From positions 2,827,295-2,891,294 of the forward strand of contig CBDBHA010000002.1 in the NCBI GenBank assembly GCA_965205495.1: DNA of 64,000 bases. Reading direction: 5' to 3'. The stretch comes from Dehalococcoidia bacterium. GTDB lineage: Bacteria; Chloroflexota; Dehalococcoidia; Lucifugimonadales; UBA3495. Positions 49,212 through 57,781 of this stretch are shown here, piece after piece. Every line of letters starts with the position of its first letter. Position 1 is the first letter of the stretch. A program made the position numbers and the translations under genes. The notes under the pieces are model-generated. The model ran no database searches. It had not been told where the DNA came from and saw only the letters and a list, made by a program, of their open reading frames with translations.

Positions 49212-50009
49212 ATGAGCGTGCAACCGACTGAACATCACACCCCGGAACACCACGAGGAAGCGCACCAGGGGCGTCACCCTTCCTTCAAGCAATACGTGCT
49301 GATTGCGATAATCCTCTTCGCGATCACCATGGTTGAGTTTCTCATTATCGTGCCCAAGGCCCTCCAGGGCTCTGCCGGAGTGGTGGCCCCGCTGGTAATC
49401 CTGTCGGCGGTCAAGTTCGGCATCGTTATCATGTTCTATATGCACCTGAAGTTCGACGCCCGGATGTTCACCATCGTGTTCCTGGCCGGCCTGTTCCTGG
49501 CCTTCCTGGTGGGGTCCGCGGCGATTGGACTGTTTGGCTCCTTCCAACCTACTCCCAGGGCTTACGCCGAGTGCAACGCCCAACCATTCACCCATGGCGG
49601 CGAACCAGCGGGAGAGGTGGAAAGGCCCGAACACTGTCAGCGCGGGCCCAAAGTCATTCCAACCCCCGTACCACCTGTCGCCGTTTCCCCCTCCGATGGG
49701 GACGCTCCGGTGGGCTCCGGTCTGGAAATCTACACCGGCGCCGGAACGTGTTACACCTGCCATAAAATCGAGTCCGTCCCGCAAGCTGTTGGCGTTATCG
49801 GACCCGACCAGACCCACATCGCAACCGACGCGGCCAACCGTATCCCCGGCATGTCCGCCGAAGAATACATCCGGCAGTCCATCGTAGAACCCGACGCCTA
49901 TTTGGTTGAAGGCTACGCCGGCGGGCTGATGGCCCCTCTGGTCACCGCCGCCAACCTCTCCGAAGACCAGATCGACGCTCTGGTGGAGTTCCTCCTAGAG
50001 CAAGAATAA
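49212..50009 (+). CDS. Oxidase subunit IV-like membrane domain fused to a C-terminal cytochrome c domain
   Basis: The N-terminus HPSFKQYVLIAIILFAITMVEF...KFGIVIMFYMHLKFD is prokaryotic COX4-like. The C-terminus has CYTCH and a distal Met region. Confidence 0.65.
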   Translation: MSVQPTEHHTPEHHEEAHQGRHPSFKQYVLIAIILFAITMVEFLIIVPKALQGSAGVVAPLVILSAVKFGIVIMFYMHLKFDARMFTIVFLAGLFLAFLVGSAAIGLFGSFQPTPRAYAECNAQPFTHGGEPAGEVERPEHCQRGPKVIPTPVPPVAVSPSDGDAPVGSGLEIYTGAGTCYTCHKIESVPQAVGVIGPDQTHIATDAANRIPGMSAEEYIRQSIVEPDAYLVEGYAGGLMAPLVTAANLSEDQIDALVEFLLEQE

Positions 50010-50135
50010 CCCCCTCCCTTCCCCAACTCCCAGCCAACCAAACGGGGCCGTTCAATTATCCCCTAAACGCCGCTTCGGGCGCCCTCATCCTGAGCCACGT
50101 CGAACCACGAACCACTCGTCTAAGGGCCACCCCGA

Positions 50136-50258
50136 CAGGACAATTGCAAAGTCCCTACGAACACCTATCCTCATTCCCGCGCAGGCGGGAATCCAGTGTG
50201 CACCCGGTCTAGCGAGTGTCCCTTTTTCGCAGAATCACACCACTTTGCAATCGTACTG
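50136..50258 (+). repeat. Repeat family A, copy 6
   Basis: Full-length alignment. Immediately followed by B5. Confidence 0.9.
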
Positions 50259-50272
50259 CCACCCCGCCCCCC

Positions 50273-50375
50273 CTGTCATTCCGACCGTAGGGATGAATCT
50301 AAAATCCATCGCCGCCAGCCGGTTTGCCCCTGGATTCGTCCTCCCAAACTCCCGACAATGACAACTAAAAACCCT
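50273..50375 (+). repeat. Repeat family B, copy 5
   Basis: Aligns with the other B copies. Confidence 0.85.
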
Positions 50376-50422
50376 CCCCGCTCGGCAGGGCCTTTCCTTC
50401 AACCGGGGCAACCCAACTTGCT

Positions 50423-51310
50423 TTACCGCCCGTAACTCTCCCTAAACCCACGTTCCAACGGCCCGGCAACCCCCTCTCCCATCCGTCCCGCCGCCATACG
50501 CACCCCCTGCTCGAAAATGGTCCGGTCCCGCGCCATAATGTCTTCCGGCGAACCTCGGCCCAGCCGCTGCCCGTACTGCCGGAGAAACCCCACCATTTCC
50601 TCTTCGCTGGCCCCCAACCGGGCAAACAGCCGGAAGTTGGGGTCGGTGCGCGCCACGTTGTACACCTCTTCCAACGTCAAATAGGTATGCCGGTCCAGCA
50701 AGACCGACACCCCGAAATCGATCAGCGTCAACTCCCCCTCGTCCGTCACCAACAAGTGTGACCGTCCCTCCTGGTCGGACAGCGTTACGTCGTTGTAGTA
50801 AATCCGCTCCCGATGCAGCCCGCCCAGCATTTCTCCCAATCCCCGGCCAACCTTTTCCAGAAAATCCGGCGTCAAAATTTCTTCCGGCAATTCCGTGAAG
50901 AAACGCCCCCGGCAAAATTCTTCCACCAAGAACCCAGTCACCGAGGCAAGTTGCTTCGGGCCGGCCCCCAGCCTTCCAGCGATGGCCGCGATCTCGTCCT
51001 CCCGCTGGTTCTGCAACGGCTTGACCACCAACCCTTCGTCCCCCCGCCGGAATATCCCAACGTGCCCCCGCGTCCGTCCTTCCCAGGTCACCTCCGGCGG
51101 TTCATCTCCCAGATAGACCCACTCGTAAACCCCGGGAAACAACCCGTAAATCGAATACGTCTCAATCAAAGGGTCTTCCATCAACCGCTGAAAAAGTCCC
51201 GGCTCCGCCGCCGCCAGGGGCCACAACAGAAACAACCTGGACGGGCAGCGCCCGTCCGACACCGCGGCCCGCGCCTCCTCCGGCCCCGCCGTCCCGGCCC
51301 AGTACCGCAC
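50423..51310 (-). CDS. Protein-kinase-like fold protein (RIO/Kdo/ABC1-like, atypical)
   Basis: G.VGIF....GLVVKP (nucleotide loop plus Lys), YYNDV..SD......LIDFG (catalytic and DFG-like). The subfamily is unclear. Confidence 0.45.
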   Translation of the reverse strand: MRYWAGTAGPEEARAAVSDGRCPSRLFLLWPLAAAEPGLFQRLMEDPLIETYSIYGLFPGVYEWVYLGDEPPEVTWEGRTRGHVGIFRRGDEGLVVKPLQNQREDEIAAIAGRLGAGPKQLASVTGFLVEEFCRGRFFTELPEEILTPDFLEKVGRGLGEMLGGLHRERIYYNDVTLSDQEGRSHLLVTDEGELTLIDFGVSVLLDRHTYLTLEEVYNVARTDPNFRLFARLGASEEEMVGFLRQYGQRLGRGSPEDIMARDRTIFEQGVRMAAGRMGEGVAGPLERGFRESYGR

Positions 51311-51389
51311 CCCGCCAACGGTGTCTCGTATTAACTGAATCTCTTGCGGCGAATAGATGCTTCTTCCCTGGGCTAGACCGGCTACCCTG

Positions 51390-51728
51390 CTATTCCTCGG
51401 CTAGGTAATGGCTGCCCGACTCACCCAGCGGCAGCCGCCAAACCTTCACCACCGCGTCCAGGTTCAACGGCCCGTAGATGTGCGGGTAAATCTCCCCGGA
51501 ACGGCTGGGTTCCCGTTTCAACGGCGACCCCAACCGGTCCACCTCCACCTCCAGGGCCAGCAGGTCCTCCCGTCCCCCGTAAAGCCGCTCCGCCACCCTC
51601 AGTAGCTGTTCCGCATCCTCGGAGCAGTGAATAAACCCCTCCGACGCCAACGACTCGGCCAGGTGTTCCGTCCCGCCCCGCGAAACGTCCCATCCGGCCT
51701 GGTCGATCAAATGAAAAATCGTCGCCAT
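51390..51728 (-). CDS. DUF952 domain protein
   Basis: IFHL....W.......Y...SL..EGFIHCS...Q......R.Y......L.L......L...L+.E......YPHIYGPL is a DUF952 signature. ATG at 51728. Confidence 0.75.
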   Translation of the reverse strand: MATIFHLIDQAGWDVSRGGTEHLAESLASEGFIHCSEDAEQLLRVAERLYGGREDLLALEVEVDRLGSPLKREPSRSGEIYPHIYGPLNLDAVVKVWRLPLGESGSHYLAEE

Positions 51729-51856
51729 TCTCTTCCCCGCCCGTTTCCAAAATTCCAAAACATTGTACTCCCCAACCCCCGGCCCTTTCGATTATCCCCG
51801 CCCCCTTCAGGGTCTCTTGATTATCCCCCACTCCCCACCTATCACCCGGCCCCCCT

Positions 51857-51943
51857 CTGTCACCCCGAGCGTAGCGAGGGGTCTAAACTCCCTGCCCAAC
51901 CCAATCCGACCGGATTCCAGCCTACGCCACAATTACCACAGGG
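51857..51943 (+). repeat. Repeat family E, copy 2
   Basis: Aligns with 9422-9511. Confidence 0.8.
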
Positions 51944-51964
51944 ACGCCAACTTACCCGCAACAC

Positions 51965-52103
51965 CCAGTCCGCTCGTCCTGAGCCTGTCGAAGGATTGTC
52001 CTGAGCCCCGTCGAAGGGCAACGGACGGTCGCACGAAACACCCCCCCCCCCCGCTCGTCCTGAGCTTGTCGAAGGATCGTGGTGAGCCCGGCGAACCACC
52101 CCA
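51965..52103 (+). repeat. Cluster of family C units (includes a C12 homopolymer at 52041-52052)
   Basis: Repeated GCTCGTCCTGAGCCTGTCGAAGG / CTGAGCCCCGTCGAAGGGCAACGGACGGTCGCAC / GTGAGCCCGGCGAACCACC units. Confidence 0.8.
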
Positions 52104-52241
52104 CCGGCCCGTAAACCACGATAAACCCCCAAAATCCCAACAAAAATAATCAAAAAACCCTGCCCAATTCCCCCCACCATTTGGTCATTCCGCCGTCCAA
52201 TGGTAGGATGTCCCTACCCAAAACCCCCAGGAGCGACGACC

Positions 52242-52928
52242 ATGAACGGTGAGGCCATCAAAGGAAAGGACCTGCACTACTTCAACATCTACCCCGACGA
52301 CTACGACGAACAAAAACCCTATCCCCTGGTGGTGATGCTCCACGGCTTCGGCGCCAACATGCGCGACCTGGCCGGCCTCGCCCCCTCCATCAACCGCACC
52401 GGCTACGTCTACACCTGCCCCAACGCCCCCATTCCCTTCCAGTTGGGACCCGGCATGGCCGGCTACGGCTGGCACCCGCCCCGGGGCGAGTCCACCGCCG
52501 AGGACTTCCAGCAGGCCGAGGACCTGGTGGGCAGTTTCTTCGATGAGGTTTTTGAACAACTGGGCGCCACCCCCGGCAACATCGCCCTCCTGGGCTTCTC
52601 CCAGGGCGGCGGCATGACCTACCGCTGCGGCCTCAACCGTCCCCATACCTTCGCCGGCCTCATGGCCCTCAGCGCCTCCCTACCCGACCCGGAAATCCTT
52701 AAGACCCGCCTCCCCGAAGACCGAAACCAGCCCATCTTCATCGCCCACGGCCGCGCCGATCCGCTGGTGTCCATGGACTCGGCCCGGGTCACCATGGAGT
52801 TCCTGGAGGAGCAGGGCTACCAACCCTCCTACCACGAGTACGATATGGGCCACGAAATCCCGCCCACGGTCTTGGCCGACCTGGTCCCCTGGCTCGCCCA
52901 AATCCTCCCACCCCTAACCACGGATTAA
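52242..52928 (+). CDS. Phospholipase/carboxylesterase-family alpha/beta hydrolase
   Basis: PLVVMLHGFGAN, nucleophile elbow GFSQGG, and the C-terminal IAHG..D / H region. ATG 52242 follows AGGAG. Confidence 0.8.
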   Translation: MNGEAIKGKDLHYFNIYPDDYDEQKPYPLVVMLHGFGANMRDLAGLAPSINRTGYVYTCPNAPIPFQLGPGMAGYGWHPPRGESTAEDFQQAEDLVGSFFDEVFEQLGATPGNIALLGFSQGGGMTYRCGLNRPHTFAGLMALSASLPDPEILKTRLPEDRNQPIFIAHGRADPLVSMDSARVTMEFLEEQGYQPSYHEYDMGHEIPPTVLADLVPWLAQILPPLTTD

Positions 52929-52990
52929 CCCCCAAGGTCGAATGGATTTACCGAGAGGCCAATTCAACGGCCCGGCTCGCCGCGCCCCCC

Positions 52991-53163
52991 TCCGTTCGCC
53001 CTGAGCCTGTCGAAGGGTCGTTCCGGCCTTGCTCCGGAACCCAGCAATCCCACGTTCATGGTGAGCCCGTCGAACCACCTGAGCCCCCAGTCCGTTCGTC
53101 CTGAGCTCCGTCGAAGGGCGCACGGACGGTCGCACAAAACACCCCCAAACGCGCCAAGATTAA
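52991..53163 (+). repeat. Composite of family C/F units, including the uninterrupted version of the IS110 target
   Basis: 53078-53164 matches 34672-34691 plus 35990-36072. Confidence 0.8.
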
Positions 53164-53296
53164 CGTAACTGTTCAGAATTAAGGGGTTAGCTCAACCCAG
53201 GATCCGTCATTCCGGCTCAAAGCCTGCCCCGTACCCGATACGGGGGCCGGAATGACGGTTTAATGTTGGATGACCCCTCAAGTCTGAACACTTACG
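53164..53296 (-). repeat. Repeat family D, short form (133 bp), inverted relative to 32004-32206
   Basis: Termini CGTAACTGTTCAGAAT...CTGAACACTTACG. The core hairpin is the same as in D3. Confidence 0.85.
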
Positions 53297-53310
53297 CCAA
53301 GTCCGGCAAC

Positions 53311-53340
53311 TTGACAGCCACCAAACCCCGGCTTTACCAT
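53311..53340 (+). promoter_or_regulatory. Candidate promoter of the tRNA pair
   Basis: TTGACA, 18-nt spacer, TACCAT, about 24 nt upstream of tRNA-Ala. Confidence 0.35.
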
Positions 53341-53363
53341 TTCATAGTCGAGGGATGCCTTTC

Positions 53364-53439
53364 GGGGATATAGCTCAATTGGGAGAGCGCGGCGTTCGCA
53401 ATGCCGAGGTTGGGGGTTCGAGCCCCCCTATCTCCACCA
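53364..53439 (+). tRNA. tRNA-Ala (anticodon CGC), CCA encoded
   Basis: Cloverleaf folded by hand. Acceptor GGGGATA/TATCTCC with the G3:U70 Ala identity pair, anticodon loop TTCGCAA, T-loop TTCGAGC. Confidence 0.9.
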
Positions 53440-53442
53440 CCG

Positions 53443-53518
53443 GCCCCTGTAGCTCAGAGGATAGAGCGGCGGCGTCCTAAGTCGCGCGTCGGGGGTTCGA
53501 ATCCCTCCAGGGGTACCA
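53443..53518 (+). tRNA. tRNA-Arg (anticodon CCT), CCA encoded
   Basis: Cloverleaf folded by hand. Acceptor GCCCCTG/CAGGGGT (G1:U72), D-arm GCTC-AGAGGATA-GAGC, anticodon loop GTCCTAA, T-arm GGGGG-TTCGAAT-CCCTC. Confidence 0.85.
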
Positions 53519-53631
53519 CTTCCCACATAAAAGCCTTGATTTAGCTTCCCCCAAGCCTTACAATTCTTACCACGTAGTATAACCGTGTGGTAATAACCGC
53601 GTGGTAAGTGTGGTAAGAATTGGAGGGCGCA

Positions 53632-54846
53632 ATGGGGAAGCTAACCGCGAAGATGGTAGGCCAAATCACAGAGGCGGGGCGGTATGGCGACGGGGCGGGC
53701 CTGTATCTTCTGGTGACACCTGTCGGCACGAAGTCCTGGATTCAGCGTGTCCAGGTCGGCGGCAAGCGGACTGACAAGGGTTTGGGCGGCGTTGCCAAGG
53801 TGAGCCTGTCCAACGCCCGGAAGATTGCAGCCGCCAACCTTGCGACTATCAAGGGCGGCAAGAATCCATTCGAGCCCGGCCACGTTCCCGCCCCGATCAC
53901 GGTCAAGGAAACGCCAGCCATTCCGACGTTCGCGGATGCTGCGCGGGTTGTCTACGCCCTGAACCTTGACGAATGGGGCGCGGCGACCGCGAAACGCTGG
54001 TTACGCCGTCTTGAGATTCACGCCTTCCCGACGCTGGCGGACAGGGATGTTGCCGAGATAACCCGCGCTGACTTGGCGGACCTGCTGACGCCCCTACGGG
54101 GAGAGAACCACGAAACGGCGCGCAAGGTTCGGCAAGCATTGGCTAAGGTGTTCCGATGGGCGCGGGCGCACGATTACCGCATTGACGATCCCGCCGATGA
54201 TGCCCTTGGCGAACTGGTGAAGAAGGTCAAGCACGTACCGGAACATCACCGGGCGTTGCCCTACTGCGAGGTAGGGGCGGCAATCCGCAAGGTTCAATTC
54301 GGGTATGCCCTGCGAGTGACCGGGCTGGCGTTTGAATTCCTGATTCTCACGGCGGCGCGAACGTCTGAGGTGCGCGGGATGGTATGGGCTGAGGTAGACC
54401 TTGAAAAGGCGGTATGGGAGATTCCCGCCCAAAGGATGAAAGCGCGGCGTTCTCACCGTGTGCCGCTGTCTGACCAAGCTATGGCCATCCTGCGGCAAGT
54501 CCGCCATATTCCCGATCCCGACGCCGCCGACGATTCGATATTCCAGTTGGTAGAGGTAACGGACGGGCATGTTTTCCGGATGCCTACCGGCAAGCCGCTA
54601 TCTGAAAACGCCCTGCTGGACCGTTGCGAGAAAGACAAGATCGGCGCGACTCCACACGGAATGAGAACGTCATTCAGGGGCTTTGCCAAGGCTGAATACG
54701 GCGCCCGGTTTGAAGCTATCGAACTGGCGTTGGCGCACTCGATTGGAACGTCGGTAACGCAAGCCTACGACCGCGAGGACCTGCTAGAGGAACGCCGCCA
54801 GATGGCGCAAGCGTGGGCGGACTACCTGGACCCTGCGCCGTTTTAA
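53632..54846 (+). CDS. int: Tyrosine integrase, P4-like (DUF4102 arm-binding N-domain)
   Basis: LTAKMV......G.YGDG.GLYL.V...G.KSW N-domain. The C-terminal catalytic region has ...ARTSEV..., HGMRTSFR and LAHS...Y. Confidence 0.9.
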   Translation: MGKLTAKMVGQITEAGRYGDGAGLYLLVTPVGTKSWIQRVQVGGKRTDKGLGGVAKVSLSNARKIAAANLATIKGGKNPFEPGHVPAPITVKETPAIPTFADAARVVYALNLDEWGAATAKRWLRRLEIHAFPTLADRDVAEITRADLADLLTPLRGENHETARKVRQALAKVFRWARAHDYRIDDPADDALGELVKKVKHVPEHHRALPYCEVGAAIRKVQFGYALRVTGLAFEFLILTAARTSEVRGMVWAEVDLEKAVWEIPAQRMKARRSHRVPLSDQAMAILRQVRHIPDPDAADDSIFQLVEVTDGHVFRMPTGKPLSENALLDRCEKDKIGATPHGMRTSFRGFAKAEYGARFEAIELALAHSIGTSVTQAYDREDLLEERRQMAQAWADYLDPAPF

Positions 54847-54882
54847 TTGCTATAGCACCGGGCATTTTGGTACAATCACGGC

Positions 54883-55248
54883 ATGAACCGATGGCAACGA
54901 TGGTTTGCGTCGGAAAGGCCCCCCCGGTACCATTTCTTGTTATCACCGTTTGGATTCGCTCTCGTGACTTGGCGGATAACGGTGTATCAAACGGGGCAAG
55001 CCGAGTTTGAAAAGCTAGCAGAATACGCTAGTATTGGCGCAATCATATACGGGATCATAGCCGTGACCGTCGAATTAGGAGGACTGGCAGTGTTTTATAC
55101 GATAGGAGCGATCATCAAATACGTAGGCGAAAGAAAGGTGGAACAAGACGCCAAAGCCATTCAACGCGTGGCCAACAATCCTGCGCTATTGCAGCGAGCC
55201 AATGAGGCTGCTAGCCAGAAAGAGCGCGAACCTGTCAGCACTAAGTGA
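54883..55248 (+). CDS. Hypothetical small membrane protein
   Basis: 121 aa with hydrophobic segments FLLSPFGFALVTW and IGAIIYGIIAVTVELGGLAVFYTIGAII. Confidence 0.45.
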   Translation: MNRWQRWFASERPPRYHFLLSPFGFALVTWRITVYQTGQAEFEKLAEYASIGAIIYGIIAVTVELGGLAVFYTIGAIIKYVGERKVEQDAKAIQRVANNPALLQRANEAASQKEREPVSTK

Positions 55249-55305
55249 CGTGTTCCGATAAACCGGGATAGGGCGGACTAACCCACCGCACACCTCCAAC
55301 GAATG

Positions 55306-55340
55306 ACCGCCCCGCTCTCAGTCGGGGCGGTTTCCTTTTT
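55306..55340 (+). terminator. Rho-independent terminator
   Basis: ACCGCCCCG-CTCTCAGT-CGGGGCGGT followed by TTCCTTTTT. Confidence 0.7.
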
Positions 55341-55346
55341 GCCCAA

Positions 55347-55375
55347 TTGACACCCTTGACTGTCGGGTATACAAT
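55347..55375 (+). promoter_or_regulatory. Near-consensus sigma-70 promoter
   Basis: TTGACA (55347-55352), 17-nt spacer, TACAAT (55370-55375). A second TATACT follows. Confidence 0.6.
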
Positions 55376-55408
55376 GGGTATACTACCGATTGAAAGGAGG
55401 TGTTGCCG

Positions 55409-55765
55409 ATGTCACGGGAACGCAAACCGATCCAACTGCAACCGGGAACCTTCAAGGTGCTAATGGCCCTGCGGGAAAGAATCTTTGAATTGCAGGGGCG
55501 GCGGCTCACCGTCGATGAGACCGTCCAGGTGGCATTAGCGGGCATGACTGAAGCACCGCTCCCACCGGTCTATGAGGAACAATTGAAGCGGACCCTAGTT
55601 AGCGTGATCGGACAACTCCTGGTGCGGGTGCGCCCTGACCTGGCCGCCAAGTTTCGGAGTGTAGCCTTTAACTCTAGCACCGGCATGGCCGTGGTGGACT
55701 TGGAAGGCGACGATGATCCGCTGCAGATCATGGCCCGCGATCCTGCGGGCATGGTGAAAAACTAA
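55409..55765 (+). CDS. Hypothetical protein (possible regulator)
   Basis: ATG 55409 lies 8 nt after AGGAGG. 118 aa, no family recognised. Confidence 0.45.
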   Translation: MSRERKPIQLQPGTFKVLMALRERIFELQGRRLTVDETVQVALAGMTEAPLPPVYEEQLKRTLVSVIGQLLVRVRPDLAAKFRSVAFNSSTGMAVVDLEGDDDPLQIMARDPAGMVKN

Positions 55766-55920
55766 AGGCAAAAAGAAAACCCGCTGCGTAAACAGCGGGC
55801 AACCAAGGAGATACACGAACTAGGCAAGAATATACAACGGAAGGCCAAAAGTCAAACGACTCCAGCACTTTATCGGCGGCGGAAGTTGCCGAGCAAGACC
55901 ATTCCCTTAGCCTGTTCCCG

Positions 55921-57069
55921 TTGGATATTCAAGGGGCTGCTGAGGCGTTTCAGTGGCGACACGGTTACGGGGAACTTTACGACCTGGTGCGCCCCTACCC
56001 TGCCTACGCCTTCGATGCTGGTGCTGGTGTCTGGCGGGAATGGATGTACGGCAAGGGTTGGCAGGAACGGGATAGCATCCTGCCCGTGATGACCAACATA
56101 GTGGCCGCCCTATGCGCCCTGGAAGCTCACCGGGCCAAACCGGATGGGCCACCCGAAAAGGTAGAGGCCGAATACCGGAAACTGCGGCAGCGGCATTTCG
56201 GGCCGACCGTCGATAAGGCTATTAAGCTGGCGGCGGCTGAATGCAGCGTTTCCGATTGGGACCCAGACGGGATGATGCTGGGTATGCCCGATGGTGACTG
56301 TCTCTACATCACTCCAGAGAACACCAAGAGCCCTGTCCATAACCTCGAGCAGGAAGCCACCGACCACATTACCCAAAGCCTCGCGACCAGCCCCACGGAG
56401 CCTACGCAGCTATGGCTGGATTTTCTGGCATCGTTGACCGGCAAAGACATCATGCTGGAACACGCGCTACAGGTATGGACCGCGGCGGCGTTGCTGCCCG
56501 GTAATCGCTTCCACAAGGCGCATATCCTCTACGGCGACGGCAACACCGGCAAATCAACCTATCTCAACGTCGTGCGCCGGGCAATGGGCGACTATGCGGC
56601 CACCGCCCGATCCAGCGTGTTTGTCTCGGAGAAAGATAACCATCCCGCCGAATTGTTGCCGTTCACCCAAAAACGCCTGGTTGTGCTGCCCGAACTCCCA
56701 CGCGGCGCATTGCGGTCGGACCTCCTGAAAACGGTAACTGGTGGGGATGCTATCAGCGTTCGGGGTATGCGCCAGAACCCGCGCACGGCAACACCAACGG
56801 CAACGCTAATGTTCTCTGCCAATGAACTCCCCAGCATCCGCTTGGTGGACAATGCCCTGCGCCGCCGGCTGCTGATATGGCCTTTTGACTACTGCCCCGA
56901 AACCATAGACCACCACCTGGAGGACAAGCTGACATCACCCAAACATATCGGCGGCGTGGTGGGCTGGTTGCAGGCGGGCATTATCAAATACGTGCGGATC
57001 CAAAACGCCGGCGAGGATATGCCCCTACCTGCTGCGGTGGTGGACGCAACGGAACGGTACTTTGATTAG
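55921..57069 (+). CDS. Phage/plasmid primase-helicase, P4/D5 family (SF3 helicase), cut by in-frame TAG
   Basis: Walker A GDGNTGKS. The P4-family block LVVLPE......LK..TGGD.I..R....NP......A.L.F..N.LP. The conserved C-terminal continuation is found in frame after the TAG (57070-57285). Confidence 0.85.
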   Translation: MDIQGAAEAFQWRHGYGELYDLVRPYPAYAFDAGAGVWREWMYGKGWQERDSILPVMTNIVAALCALEAHRAKPDGPPEKVEAEYRKLRQRHFGPTVDKAIKLAAAECSVSDWDPDGMMLGMPDGDCLYITPENTKSPVHNLEQEATDHITQSLATSPTEPTQLWLDFLASLTGKDIMLEHALQVWTAAALLPGNRFHKAHILYGDGNTGKSTYLNVVRRAMGDYAATARSSVFVSEKDNHPAELLPFTQKRLVVLPELPRGALRSDLLKTVTGGDAISVRGMRQNPRTATPTATLMFSANELPSIRLVDNALRRRLLIWPFDYCPETIDHHLEDKLTSPKHIGGVVGWLQAGIIKYVRIQNAGEDMPLPAAVVDATERYFD

Positions 57070-57280
57070 GCGGACGTTATCCGGCGGTGGCTGGACGAAA
57101 CCTGCGACGAGGGCGGCGAAACCCAATTCGCTGTCCTATACCGTTCCTTCACCGGATGGTGTGAATCCCACAACCGGAGGCCAATAGCTGAAACCAGCTT
57201 CGGGCTATGGATGGGTAGGCATTATGACCGGCGGCGCACAAAGGAAGGAATACTCTACCCCGTCTCCCTGGACTATAGCC

Positions 57281-57421
57281 GGGTGTAGGGTATGTAGGGT
57301 TTTTCCGACTTTAGCGTGTATAAGGAAATGGAGAACAGGTATATAGATTGTATTAAGTTGGGTATTTGGAATTTTTCCGTGATGCGTATAAAGTCGGAAA
57401 AACCCTACATACCCTACACCC
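57281..57421. repeat. 33-bp perfect inverted repeat with AT-rich 75-bp spacer (candidate ori/cruciform)
   Basis: GGGTGTAGGGTATGTAGGGTTTTTCCGACTTTA (57281-57313) and its exact reverse complement (57389-57421). Confidence 0.9.
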
Positions 57422-57448
57422 TCTGATACGAAGCGCAACCTTGCCCCG

Positions 57449-57709
57449 ATGTTCAGGATAGAATTGAATGAATGGAGGTTTTTGGTGGTAAGCGAATACG
57501 ATGAAACTGGTGGTCATCTGATTCTTCGGAAGTTGACGCAAACCTATATTGGAGCGTCGCCATCTACAAATAGGCTGGTATTTATGATGGAAGCACGCGA
57601 AGAGAGCGAGGAAAATCCGCAGGAGTTTAGAGCTGCGCTGACAGAAGAACAGGCGAAATATGTCTTAGAGACCATGACGGAATGCATGACAAAGCTTGGT
57701 TGGCTCTAG
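57449..57709 (+). CDS. Hypothetical acidic 86-aa protein directly upstream of terL
   Basis: ORF with lower GC, in the position where a small terminase or packaging accessory gene would sit. No motif recognised. Confidence 0.35.
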   Translation: MFRIELNEWRFLVVSEYDETGGHLILRKLTQTYIGASPSTNRLVFMMEAREESEENPQEFRAALTEEQAKYVLETMTECMTKLGWL

Positions 57710-57781
57710 GGAACCCTGCTATAGGAAACGCTGGGGGGCTGTGCAACACTGGCGGGTGTGTTCCGTGTAAAAGGGGATGAT

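Noticed and set aside
51860-53135. Track ORFs lying inside repeats. Examples: 9285-9476, 13551-13736, 22242-22670, 28968-29165, 29227-29590, 30095-30307, 41288-41494, 51763-52180, 52914-53135.
   Set aside because: These are translations of the dispersed repeats (recurrent peptides such as LRQAQGER, VLSPSKG, SFPRRRESR, CHSDRREESK). They have no independent coding signal.
57067-57069. Element-wide TAG reassignment (amber recoding), as seen in some phages, to explain the in-frame TAG in the primase gene
   Set aside because: terL (59213-59215) and the capsid gene (60762-60764) use TAG as a normal stop, directly followed by the next gene. No other in-frame TAGs are seen in the module.
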